A stretch of 64,000 nucleotides of DNA from Octopus vulgaris (lineage: Eukaryota). The translations under genes and the position numbers were made by a program. This document shows, one piece after another, positions 1-11,869 of this stretch (within the stretch, counting starts at the first letter, position 1; the number at the start of each line of letters is the position of its first letter). The stretch lies in the NCBI GenBank assembly GCA_951406725.2, contig OX597830.1:41416001-41480000 (forward strand). Reading direction: 5' to 3'. The notes below the pieces were generated by a model. That model saw only the letters and a list, made by a program, of their open reading frames with translations. It did no database searches and was not told the origin of the DNA.

Positions 1-39
1 GAAGTTTTAAAACCATTTCAGGTGAAATTAATTAATTTC

Positions 40-190
40 AAAGAAATACAAAACTCTAATTTTCTTTGATGTAGGATCTTCTGACTTGAACGCACTTATT
101 GTAGCACTCTAGCCACTTCATGAAGGCCCATTGAAGTTTTTCAAACTGAAGCTATCCAGGACCCTTGTCGCAGCCTCCTGTGTCTTCAAA
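40..190 (-). mobile_element. 3' fragment of a mariner-type transposase (decayed)
   Basis: Minus strand reads, with a frameshift, ...ATRVLDSFSLKNF..FMKWLECYNKCVQVRRSYIKEN*, resembling the mariner C-terminal 'F.KW.ER..KC....G.Y.E' segment. Confidence 0.55.
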
Positions 191-194
191 AAGT

Positions 195-1339
195 ATTTGA
201 GGAATACCTTTTTTGGGTCATTGCTGCATTTTTGCTAACTCTGTATAATCTTTGTTTCAGAAAATAATATTGGCAGACCCTCAGCTTATTCAAGAAATGA
301 TGAGGCATGCTGTTATTGTGGTTATAAAGGCTGAGCATAGCAATTTAGAAATATCTCAATTATTAAAAGTTGCCATATCTTTTGTCTACAAAGTTTGTAA
401 GGAGCTAGATACTGAAGATGGAAACGTATCACCAGTATCAAAGCATGAAAAGCATTCTAAATGCTCTGAAATCATCAGAACACCTGAATTCATCCAGCAA
501 GTTCAACAGACCACTGATGACAATCCCAAAAAGTCCATGAGGCCAATTGCAAAAGATATCCATGTATCGGGAGGAAGTCAGAAATGTTGTCCATGAAGAC
601 ATCAGATATAAGTCTTATATGATGAGAAAAGGTCAATTTGTCAGAAAAAGTGAAAGAAAATCACTACATCAGATCTAAAAGGCTCTTAAACAAACTTGAA
701 AATCCAGCAGAAGATTTGATTTGGTTTTTCTCAAACAAGTAAAACTTTGACCAAGATCAAAAAGTTAACTGAAGAAATGACAGACGGTTATGTGCAGACC
801 CTTCTGAAGTTCCAAGTGTTATGCATACAAAATTTCCTGTAACTGTCATGGTTTTAGGGGTTGTCAGCAATGAAGAACATGTGATGCCTCCTTACTTCTT
901 TCCATAAGGCCTTAGAGTTAACTCTGCCACCTACATTGAGATCCTGGAAATAATTAAGCCCTGGATAGACAGTGTATGCAATGGAAGGCCATATGTGTTT
1001 CAGTAAGACTCTGCACTATCACACATGACTCTAATAATGCAGAAATGAATGGCTGAAAATTTTCATGACCACATAACCTCTAACATTTGGCCTCCTCAAT
1101 CCATAGTCGGAGTAACATCCAAAATGAACCAGGATCACTTGATTCGAGCATGTAGGTGATTTAGACCTCAAATAGAAGCAGTTGTTGAAGCTGAAGGTGG
1201 CTTTATTGAGTAACATTATAGAAAAGAAGGTTTATTTTATCCTCATAGAATTTTTTGATAAATAAAATTATTACCTTTAATTATATATCTGTTTTTTTAT
1301 AAGCATAAATCTGTCCTCAAATATCTTACACACCCTATA
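195..1339 (+). mobile_element. Tc1/mariner-superfamily transposon (DD37D/maT-like), pseudogenised
   Basis: ORF 252-596 is an HTH region (IRTPEFIQQVQQ..DNPKKSMRPIAKDIHVS). It continues across stops/frameshifts as VHEDIRYKSY, KFPVTVMVLGVVS, FQ*DSALSH and ENFHDHITSNIWPP. It ends in a TIR-like ...CACACCCTATA near 1339. Confidence 0.8.
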
Positions 1340-1382
1340 TAAATAACATAACAATGTGTGTGTACTGTAAATGTTGTTATAT

Positions 1383-1420
<38 letters not shown>

Positions 1421-2589
1421 TGTATGTGTATGTTATGTGTAAAATATCAAAGTGCATACTTACAGAGAGTCTCTGAGAGTGTAGCACGTGTGGATGCCAG
1501 GGATGGTCATTTCCCTGGTGACATCAGAATCCTGTATTCTTTTCTATGGTTGCAGAATAATAATCTTTTATATTGTTTCTATTGAATAATTTAGGAATAT
1601 TGTAATCTTTGTGGAATTGTTTTTTGATTAAGGAGAGTAATTTTTTTGTCTCATACATTTTTGCTAAATGGTGAATTAAACCAAATCATATATCTCCCCT
1701 GAGTAGAGATTTTGTTGTTGTCCATAGTACATAAGTTGCATGGTTTTGTGTTTTGAAATGGTTATGTGCAAATGTCTGGTTTACTGGTTCTCAACCCTAT
1801 TAGGTGTCACACCATCAGAAAAGAGACTGTTTATACAGTTATTCATTGCTACTGGTACTTGCTTAATTACATTTGACAGGTAGTTGAACTCCAAATGTAT
1901 AAAGTTGGTTGTTAGTTTTATTTATTGTTGTTCAACAAACATAGAAAATATATTTTCAAGTAACTCCACTAAATCAGCAAATGTAAATTGCTCATGGAGA
2001 ACTAAAACTTCATGCCCTCTAAATCAGTGATATAATACCAAAGGACTTATTTATGAACCAGAGGTCATGTCTACAAAACAAAATTGAGATGCCAAGACCA
2101 GGTGTTATGTTGGAATGATGGAGAGTGGTTTTTAGTATTGCTTTTAAACCATATTTGCTCCCAGAAAAGAAGAATGTCACCAAATTAATCAACTATACTT
2201 AGATATTTAAAGAATGCAGGATTGTAGTCAATATTCAATGCAAATTTCTTGAAAGATGCAAGCTACATATTAATATAACAAAAGTCTGAGAAATATGTTA
2301 ACGTAAAAAAAAAAATTATACTTGATTATAACTTAAATGTCAGATCTGAGATTTCTAATAAATGCAAACACTTCAAAAAGTTTCTTTTGACAAATTAGAA
2401 TAATACATAACTAGGAATGTGTCTAAAGGATTATAATTTGAAATTTCTTGTATGGAACTCAAACCTTAATTCACAAGTAGAATACTTAACCTACAGCCAA
2501 GTTAACTTAATATCCAATCACTCTTATACTCTTATATCCAAATATGTATGCACTTAATATTTGCAGAATCTAATTAAGGTATCGTGCGT

Positions 2590-2626
<37 letters not shown>

Positions 2627-3793
2627 GATAATATGTCTCTATAACTCTACTTAAGTAACGCAATTAAGTTCAATATATTCATCTTTGGTGTTTGCACTTA
2701 CAATTATATCGTGAATATCTAGAACTACAAGACTGAAAATCTGACATTTAATTCCAAATATTTAAAAGTAAGTCTCTATCATAAATTTAACCTCCTCTCC
2801 TCCAAATTTACACTATTCTGATAATGTCTAATATGTATTGCCCTGATTAAATATTCTGCTTTATCCCATAGCATTAATTAATTATTTAATTATCCATTTT
2901 AATAACCTTCATGATTTTAAGCTTTCCCATCATAATTATCTCACTCTAAGATATCTCTCATTCATTTACATTTACCTTTCACTATTAATTTGTCTTTGCG
3001 TAAACTTATACTGACTTATCTCCCTTATCCACGATTTTATCTGAAATAATATCTTGCAAACAACTTGCACATGCAAGTGCTACCAGTTAAAAGCTCCGTA
3101 TATACGGAAGCTAGCAAGTGTATGGGGTCATCAGGAGAGAATGCGCGCCGTTTCGGGGCCTACCTCTCGACGGCATCAATGCGCACCGGTCCCCCTCACT
3201 GATATGAGGCCCCGCTTGCTAGATCAGCTGGTTATGAAGAACTCAATATACTTCTAGCCATCGCTCATCGTCTCTTTTTAACCAAATCCAGTGGCTAGCC
3301 TTCTCCACTGATTGGATATCAGTCATGGTGGTATTGACTTTACGATGAGTTAGGCCTAACGATAACAACAGTCGTCTCACTTAACTCCAACTTTATTTCA
3401 TTTTTCAATGTTTTTGTTTCATTTTCCAATTTTTTCTTTTAATTATATCCAAGAATAATTCCTCCCTATTTATTGCTAAATCACGTGCAACTCATGTTGT
3501 ATTTATACATTCATTTGTTTATGGGGCCACTTTAAACTTGTTGTCTTTCCATCATATATTGAATTTTCGTTCTCTAATGAAGATCTGCAAAGAAACTTAC
3601 GTCATCAGAATTAATTCATTATACTCTACAAAATATATTCAGTATTTCTCCTATCCACTTTAATCAATGAGTATATCTATATCTATCTATATGTCTATGC
3701 ATATATACATTCATATACATAGTATTAGCAATAATAATCTTTGGATGGAATTCATAAATATTTTAAATATTTTAATGCATTGCTATCCAAGTA

Positions 3794-3963
3794 AAAAGCA
3801 CCCACTACACTCTCAGAGTGGTTGGTGTTAGGAAGGGCATCCAGTTGTAGAAACCTTGCCAGATCAGATTGGAGCCTGGTGCAGCCTCCTGCCTTCCTAG
3901 TCCTCAGTCAAACCGTCCAACACATACCAGCATAAAAAGTGGACATTAGACGATGATGATGAT
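3794..3963 (+). mobile_element. Short retroposon family 'C' (GGAAGGGCATCCAG core, (GAT)n tail)
   Basis: Closely similar copies at 43036-43205 and 63280-63445; degenerate copies at 50840-51015, 59015-59170, 62740-62850 and others. All end in ATG/GAT repeats. Confidence 0.8.
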
Positions 3964-4157
3964 ATATATATATATATAAACACAGACATACTTATTATAT
4001 ACACATACATATATATGTATAGTTTAATACCTATATATATGAATGCAGATATATATAATGTATACATGTATATATTATCTGAAATATATAGTATTATATA
4101 TTCATCAGGGCTGATCTTACCAATCAGTTTCATGCATATGTATATATATATATATAC

Positions 4158-4212
<55 letters not shown>

Positions 4213-4451
4213 CATATGTATATGTATACATATATATATGTATACATATGTATATGTATATGTATATATATATATATGGGGGGGTATATGTGTGTATGGG
4301 GTGTTTATGTGTGTGTGTGTGTGTATGCATGTGTGTGTGTGTATAAACACACACACATACACATAGGCAGATGCAGTGGAGTTGATAAAGAGAGAGTGGA
4401 AGAGAGTGGAAGAGAGAGAGAGAATGAGAAATGAAGGAAGGAAGGAAGGAA

Positions 4452-4520
<69 letters not shown>
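3960..4520. repeat. Compound microsatellite (TA)n/(TG)n/(GGAA)n/(AAAG)n
   Basis: Directly visible; explains the spurious ORFs at 3897-4644. Confidence 0.95.
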
Positions 4521-4521
<1 letters not shown>

Positions 4522-5239
4522 GCGAGTGAGGGAGAATTCTGCAAATGCTGCAGTTTGAACATGCGTCATGGTGAACATGTCTATACTCAAAAAAATTACC
4601 TCCAAAGGAATAAAAACAAAGTTATACATCAACATAAACATCATTAATTTTATGTAAACAAAGAAACTGTATCATATTGTTTTGTCAATGTGTGCTTATA
4701 AACATACACAGAATATTTTGTAAAATTATATAACTTCTTTCTCAATCTCTGTGCTTATTTGGTAATCTTAGACATTTTCTTTTTTTTTTTTTCTTTATGC
4801 TGTATCTTACAGCACCTCAGGTAATGGATATTGTCATACACATATATATGTGTATAGATACACACGGACACACTGACACACAGACACGTATACAAATGCA
4901 CCCATCCACACACACACACACACACCTACTTATCTATGTACATACAGACACACACATATTTGTATACATATAAACACATGCCTATATATACCTGTATATT
5001 ACAGTCTTATATATACATGCATACATATATATATGATTCATATATTTAAACTATATACAGACACACGTCTAAGATGATGTAATCAAATAATTTCAGAACC
5101 AACTTTCCAGTTTTGTTTTTTCTCTGTGTACTCTGTAATCTTTGTAACTATGGAGACCAGTGGAAGAAAACTTTGATTATAATATTCAAGTTCTCTTCAC
5201 AACTTTCTCTTTCAATATATAAGGATGGACACTGAGTTC

Positions 5240-5480
5240 TAAACACGGGTTATGCATAAAGTTTGCACTAACAATAACAACGATAGCAATAGAGAGACAC
5301 ATTTATATGGAAATATATTGGATAAATGAGCAATGGAGAGCCCATTTAAAGCCAGGTTTAATGACCACATGTCCTCTTTTAAAATCCAAGAGAGGCACAA
5401 CATTACAACATTAGCCAATCATATGTGGTGGTTAAAAGGAAGGGACACCATGCAAAATCAATTGAAAGTTGCTGGAACAA
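5240..5480 (+). mobile_element. Penelope-like element GIY-YIG endonuclease remnant
   Basis: 5337 onward reads ESPFKARFNDHMSSFKIQERHNITTLANHMWWLK, matching the PLE GIY-YIG 'FK.R...H..SF.......T.L..H.W.LK' pattern. Confidence 0.7.
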
Positions 5481-5992
5481 TCTAGACTAGAAGTTCTCAA
5501 TGTGAGCAGTACCACCTCCAAGGTGGTACTGGGCATGTCAAAGGGTTTGTTAAGCTTTAGGGAGTGATGAGGGGAGCACAGACATAACATAATTAACATG
5601 CTAAATTTTACCTATCGTAGTAATTATATTATACATAATTAAACTAGTAATGGTTATTAAAATAAAATGGGATTTCATCAGACACAGAAAAGTCATTAAC
5701 TTACAGTGTAGAAAGAAATTGACATTTGTCTTTATTAATTTTTTATCATTTCATTGTTGAAAGCTTATACAATCCATTTTTAGAGTAATATATATATATA
5801 TCAAGTGATAAGTGTTAATGCACGAAACTCTCAGCTCCTTAGTCACTCTGTTGCTTCTACTAAAATTTAATAAAAATATGTATATATAGATATACACTCA
5901 TATTTTGAGTTCTATTTTGCCTATCTGCATCATGATAACTATATATATATATATATCATAATCATCATAATCATAATCATCATCATCATCTT

Positions 5993-6045
<53 letters not shown>

Positions 6046-6844
6046 ACATCATCATCATTTTTGTTTAAAATCCACTTTCCATGCTGGCATGGGTTAGACC
6101 AGTGTTTCCCAGTGTGGGGTGGAAAAAAACTGGTGTGGGGTGTGCGTTAATGTGGGTTGTGAACATTTTTTTTCAAGTGACTTGAACGCACACTTGTTGA
6201 CCCTGAGCCTATCTTTGGACGTTGAAATGAAAAAAAAAAAAACATCGCCATGCAATATTTTTACTTAAACCATGGGAATCTATGTAGCTATGACCAATCA
6301 GCGTACCGAGTGAAGTATCTGCATTTGTTAGGCATTTGTTTCTGTTTCAGTATCTATTGTCCAGTGTGAAGTGTTTAAAAAAGCAGCAGGTCACCTCTGC
6401 TCACCATTGCTGATTGTTGCTTTGAATCCCTTTCTTTCTTCACTGTGCAAAAATCGTCATCTCCATCACTTCATCACTTTCTTGGATTTGTGTCAGCCCT
6501 TTTTAAGATGAGTAAACAAAGCAAGAAGAAGACTCGTCAATATTCGTTGGGGTTTTTGAAGTTTGGGTTTATTCCCAATGAGCATGATGAATGTAAACCG
6601 TTCTGCTTATTGTGTCATCAGAAAATGAGCAATGCATCAATGAAGGCAGGCAGGCTAAAAACGCTCTTGAGGACAAGACATCTCAACAATTCTAATTCAG
6701 ATTTGGAGTACTTCAAATCACTGAAAGAAAATTTTGAAAACCGAACAAAACTCAATTCACTATTTGCTGCACAACAGGCATCCAACATTTGTGCCCTTGA
6801 AGTGAGCTACAAAATCTCCCTGCTTATAGCAAGTGGAAATAGCT

Positions 6845-7200
6845 TTAACCCTTTCATTACTGTATTTATTTTGAGATGCTCCATGTTTCTTTCAATTACT
6901 TTAAATATTACAAAGAATTTAGTAAAATAACTTAGTTATCATTAAGCTAGTGTTAGGAACATAAATTGTGACTAAGGTTTGTTGGAAGATTTTAATACAA
7001 AACTTATGAAAACAAGACATTCGTACTACAGGGCCAGAGCCGGTTTCAGCCGGGTTGGTAACAAAAGGGTTAAGCTAGTGTTAGGAACATAAATTGTGAC
7101 TAAGGTTTGGTGGAAGATTTTAATTCAAAACTTTTGAAAACAAGACATTTGTACTCAGGGCCAGAGCCGGTTTCAGCCAGGTTGGTAACGAAAGGGTTAA
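6845..7200. mobile_element. TTAA-flanked MITE family A (piggyBac-like, CCCTTT...AAAGGG ends) with duplicated 3' half
   Basis: TTAA|CCCTTTCATTAC...GTAACAAAAGGG|TTAA (6845-7073). Segment 6946-7073 is repeated as 7074-7200. Confidence 0.85.
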
Positions 7201-7321
7201 ATGGCTCATGCAAGTATTTGATCATCTTAATGACTTTCTCTGTGATAAATGTGAAATGAAAATTCTGTCAACAATGGATGGAAAAGCGTTTGTCAGTTAT
7301 TTGACAGACATATTTGAGAAA

Positions 7322-7539
7322 TAAGTTGGCAAGCTAGCAAAAACTTTAGCACGCCAGGTGAAATGCTTAGCGGTATTTCGTCTGTCTTTATATTCTGAGT
7401 TCAAATTCTGCTAAGGTCAATTTTGCCTTTTATCCTTTCGGGGTCGATAAATTAAGTACCAGTTGCGTACTGGGGTCGATCTAATTGACTGCCCCCCACT
7501 CATCTCCCAAAATTGTGGACCTTGTGCCTAGAGTAGAAA
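7322..7539 (+). mobile_element. tRNA-headed SINE family 'B' (Deu/Nin-domain-like) with target-site duplication
   Basis: B-box GAGTTCAAATTC and core GCCTTTTATCCTTTCGGGGTCGATAAATTAAGTACC. Flanked by AGACATATTTGAGAAA / AGACATCTTTGAGAAA inside the hAT transposase. Confidence 0.85.
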
Positions 7540-7909
7540 AGACATCTTTGAGAAACTTGGAAACTTGAATAAACAACATCAAGGTGCAAACATGATGCTT
7601 GTTGATGCGAAAGCAAAGATTTTTGGATTCATTACAGCCCTCAAAATATTCCAAAAAAATGTTTCCAAAAGAAATTTCAATCAGTTATACTGGTTGAGTA
7701 AATGTGAGATAATGAATGATGCTGCCACCATAACTATTGACCATTTGGATATCTTAATAAAGGACTTCAACGACAGATTTTGTGATTTGAAGGCAATGAA
7801 TTTTCTGTCTTGGTTAACTCAACCACTGCTGATTGACGTTTCAATACCAAGAAGAGTTATCAGAATTGCAACATGATGAATCAGTAAAGACTTTTTTTTA
7901 AATTGAAGG

Positions 7910-8228
7910 TGTCCTCATCCATATGCATCACATGACAATACCAGTACAGTCTTCTCTCTAACACACAACATCTGGTGCCTCTTATACCCAGTTTTTCTCT
8001 TAAAACCATTTACACTCTGTTGTACATGAACACCGAGAGCATGCTGGCTTCATTTCTTTCAAGCCTTTGCAAGTCCTCTGTAGTCAAAGCCCATGTCTCA
8101 ATGCCATGTAGCATAGCTGTATGTACACAGGCATCATACACTCTGCCGTTCACTCTGAGGGAGAGCCCCTAGGTTACCAACAAAGGTAGAAGCTCTCTGA
8201 ACTCTGCTCAGCCCGTTCTTATCCTAGA
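7910..8228 (-). mobile_element. RTE-clade LINE ORF fragment (post-RT region)
   Basis: Minus strand reads RIRTG*AEFRELLPLLVT*GLSLRVNGRVYDACVHTAMLHGIETWALTTEDLQRLERNEASML..LREKLGIRG..ERRLYWYCHVMHMDED. Confidence 0.85.
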
Positions 8229-8589
8229 TATGTAAGAAAAATGAGTAATGGAGTAATAAATAAATAAACACAATACAAAAGCGACTCTTTTGTCATTTTG
8301 TCATTCTCATTATATTCTTGTTAGAACAAGTTTTATTTTTCCCTCAGCTTTTAACAATGTTTTCTTAAAAACAGTGAAACCTTGATTTTCCCATACATAA
8401 ATTAGATTAATTCTTCTTTCAACATAATTATTATTAATGTACCTATCCTTGACATCATATTTGTTATCAGTTTAATGTTTTATTGTTATTGTTAATACTA
8501 TTGTTATTTTTGTTGTTATAAATGTCTTTTTTTTTTAACATCTCTCTCTTTCATTCTCTTTTCCTCTCTCTCTCTCTCTCTCTCTTCAG

Positions 8590-9326
8590 ACACAGGAAAT
8601 GTGAAATCTTTTGCCAGACTTTGTGATAACATCAATAGGGGCAACAAATGTTTCCGTGACTCTAAACTTTTGACCTGTTATCAATCTTGTTCCACTGATT
8701 TTTGCAATAATGGTAACCCTGACCCCAGTTCTTTGATCATAATAGATTATTCTTCAGCTGCACGCACTGAAAATAGTTCCAGCCAAAGAAATTCTTCTGG
8801 AAACTTTGATCCAAACCGTAAAAGATTTCTTATGAGAAATAACACTTTTCTTCAATCAAGCAGGCAATTGAAAAAGAAGCATAATTCTATCAAGTTAATA
8901 GATTTTCACTTTGAAGAAGAAACTGATGATGTTAACCCAAAGAGAAATCTATCAATCAGTGCAATGCCAATGAAGAATACAAGTGTAAATATAATAGACA
9001 AATTTAGAAAGAAGCTGTTTGAAAACAATTCTTTATCTAGCTTTGTAAATGTCTTTATGAAACCACAGCCCTATTTAAAAGATGTTGAGCTTTACATGGC
9101 AAATAATTCTACAAAATATCCTCAGACAGCATTTGAACAAATTGCACAAAATCAGTCTCTTAGTAATAAGTCAAGTATTACAGAAGATATTACACAGAAA
9201 AAACAGTCAACATTTGCAAATCTGGCCAACAATTTCAATGATAATATTTCTAAAGAAGCAAATGAAGCTTTTCATGAAACTTCAACTGATACCGTTTCCT
9301 TAGATTCGAAATTCAATGATGATGAC

Positions 9327-9368
<42 letters not shown>

Positions 9369-9998
9369 AAAACAGCTGTGCAGAATGAAATTCTGGCAGA
9401 AAGCAATTTTTCTGATATGAATTTGGTAACAAAAAGTGACGGTTCACAACTAAACAATTCACAGGACAACTTGGCTCTTCAAAGATGGATAGAATTTGAG
9501 ATTTCTCAAAGGAGCCAACAAAATGATACAGTTGTATTGGAAGAAATTGCCTTAAACAATACTTCATCACTAGCAGAAGTGTTGAAATCATTGTTGTCAC
9601 ATAATCAAACCTTGCAGAACAACTTCATCACAGATATTTTGAACAACAGTTCCGCAGTGAATACATTAACTCTTGCTTCTACAGTAGCAACCAAACAGCA
9701 GGAACTGCCCTTGGCTGATGCTGTCTTCTTATCTTCTGATTCAAATGACATCATAAATGGCAAGAAAAAATCAAAGAACAATGAGAAAAAAATGGCTTTT
9801 GAACATAAAACAGATAATGACAAAAAGGAAACATATAAAGAAAATGAATGGAAAAGAAGAAAAAATGTCACAGTAAAACACAAAACTAATGTTACCGCAA
9901 ATAAATCTACCATGAATAATGGGATGGAAATATTAACAAGCAAACCAGGACTTCTCTTTGTCTGCTTGCTAAAGTTATCAGCTTTAATATTGTTCTAG
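8590..9998 (+). CDS. Terminal coding exon of a Ly6/uPAR (three-finger, quiver/sleepless-like) cell-surface protein with long stalk and GPI signal
   Basis: A (CT)n polypyrimidine tract precedes the acceptor AG at 8588-8589 (phase 1), followed by an open frame of ~469 codons. It encodes the LU-domain end (ARLC..NKC..TCYQSCSTDFCN), a Ser/Thr/Asn-rich stalk with many N-x-S/T sequons, an Asp17 run, and NNG + spacer + hydrophobic tail LLFVCLLKLSALILF*. Upstream exons were not identified with confidence. Confidence 0.8.
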
Positions 9999-10411
9999 AA
10001 GATGCCTTAAGAAATCCATTTCTGTGTTACAATAATATTTGCAGAAAATGTTTTTTAAACACAAAATAACCAAATTTATTGATCATATTTCATATTTCAA
10101 TTGCAATTTCATTTTTTTTTAAATGTTTTTCTTCATTATTTTTTCTTTCTTCCTACAAGAGTAATATTTATGACATAACAAGCTATTTGTTGTTACTGAA
10201 TTCTTTATATTATGTAACTTCACACTGAAGACTATCAGTTTTCTCAGATACATGGAAATAATGATTTTTTTTTTTTTGATATTTCATAAATTAAATAAAT
10301 GTATCAATCATTTAATTTAGCAAATAAAGATATTTTTCATTTGCTTTATGTTTTATTTTGCAAAATATTAAAAAAAATCTGAAATATGTAAAAAAATAAA
10401 ATTCATTAATG

Positions 10412-10835
10412 GTGTGGCTGTGTGATAAGAAGCTTGCTTCCCAACCACATGGCTCTGGGTTCAGTCCTACTGCATGGCACCTTGGGCAAGTGCCTTCTAC
10501 TATAGCCTCAGGATGATCAAAGCCTTGTGAGTGGATTTGGTTGACAGAAACTGAAAGAAGCCCATCGTGTGTGTGTGTGTGTGTATGAGTGTGTATGTGT
10601 GTGTGTGTGCATGTGTATATTTTTGTGCGTGTGCCTGTTTGTCCCCCCACCATTGTTTGACAAGCAATGTTGGTGTGTTTGCATTCCTGTAACTTAGTGC
10701 GTCAGCAAAAGAGACCAATAGAGTAAGTACTAGGCTTACAAAAAATAAGTCTTGAAGTCAATTTGTTCAACTAAGGGTGGTGCTCCAGCATGACCCAAGT
10801 CAAATGACTGAAACAGGTTAAACAATTAAAAAAAG
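10412..10835 (+). mobile_element. tRNA-headed SINE family 'A' with internal microsatellite
   Basis: A-box (GGCTGTGTGRTAAG), B-box (GGTTCAGTCC), CACCTTGGGCAAGTG core, internal (TG)n and 3' GCTCCAGCATG..GACTGAAACA. Other copies lie at about 26105-26480(-), 44075-44480(-), 45400-45775(-), 47505-47940(+), 48071-48498(-) and 53490-53840(+), plus many fragments. Confidence 0.9.
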
Positions 10836-11797
10836 AATACTTTTTCACCAAACTAGGCCCATACTTTGGCTGTGTGGTTAAGAAGCTTGTTTTGCAAAGA
10901 ATTGGTTTTGAGTTCAGTCCCACCACATGACACCTTGAACAAGTGTCTTTTACTATAACCCCAGGTCAACCACTGCCTTGTGACTGAATTTGATTGATGG
11001 AAAAGTAATAACTCTGTGGAAGCCCATTATATGTATTTATATGATGTTGGCTTCGCTGGCTGAAACTTCGAAGTCTCTGTCAACAACATTCTTATTTAAG
11101 AATAATAAATTTGTATTCTACAAAAATCTAGAATTGCCCATCAGATTAGCATAAAAATTCTTTTTATTATAACTGAACATAAAAACAAACTTTATTGCGT
11201 GTGTATGTGTGTGTCTGTGTGTGACATTGTGTCTGTGTTTGTATGTATATATGTTTATATGTATGTGTGAATGTCCGTGTTTAGAATGTATTTGTTCCCC
11301 CACCCCCACCCCGACTCCCTACTGTTTGACAATCAGCATTAGCTTGTTTACATCCCTGTAACTTAGCAGTTCAGCAAAAGAGATCAACAGAATAAGTGCC
11401 TGACTAAAAAAAAAAATGAATGCTGTAGTTGATTTGTTTGACTAACACCTTTCAAGGCAGTGCCCCAGCATGGCCACAGTCCAATGATTGAAACAAGTAA
11501 TAGATCAAAGATATGTAGACACTATTACATAATGGTAAAAGTAAAAGAGCTCTGGGTTTCACTATAAGAGAGTTACAAAAAGATGACCTTGTGTCATAAT
11601 AGGGAAAAATTAATTTCTCACAAAAATCACATTATATAACACTTTCTTTCAATTTTAGATTATAAAATGTGAATTTCCATAGTCATGAAAAAATTTTTAG
11701 AAAAATCAATTCTTAGTAAGCAGAATTTTCTGTTATTTTCTTAAAATTAAGAACATTTATTCAACCATAACAAATCTATAATGGCAATTATCCAAAC

Positions 11798-11860
<63 letters not shown>

Positions 11861-11869
11861 CATTATTAT

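Larger units (their letters stand above)
6100..7912 (+). mobile_element. hAT (Buster/Charlie-type) transposon, internally deleted and interrupted by nested insertions
   Basis: CAGTGTTTCCCA 5' TIR at 6100. N-terminal BED-like finger KTRQYSLGFLKFGF..KPFCLLCHQKMSNASMKAGRLK..LRTRH. Later segments SYLTDIFEKL..LNKQHQGANMMLVDAKAKIFGF and DHLDILIKDFNDRFCDLKAM. Confidence 0.85.

Noticed and set aside
1455-1545. Possible exon or hairpin (CCAGGGA...TCCCTGG; Cys-containing frame ECSTCGC)
   Set aside because: The Cys frame is bracketed by stops, no consistent splice pair links it to the Ly6-like exon, and a 7-bp stem is expected by chance.
3897-4644. Cluster of overlapping ORFs (poly-HT, CV, YI, KKER, SFFL)
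   Set aside because: Translations of di- and tetranucleotide microsatellites. The same applies to the ORFs at 12320-12878, 14122-14582, 18289-19031 and 46647-47153.
6445-7876. Domesticated ZBED/SCAND3-like host gene
   Set aside because: Large deletion, frameshifts and nested MITE/SINE insertions show a dead hAT copy.
9082-9943. Alternative-frame and antisense ORFs over the Ly6-like exon (poly-His, poly-Ser)
   Set aside because: Shadows of the main ORF and its GAT repeat.
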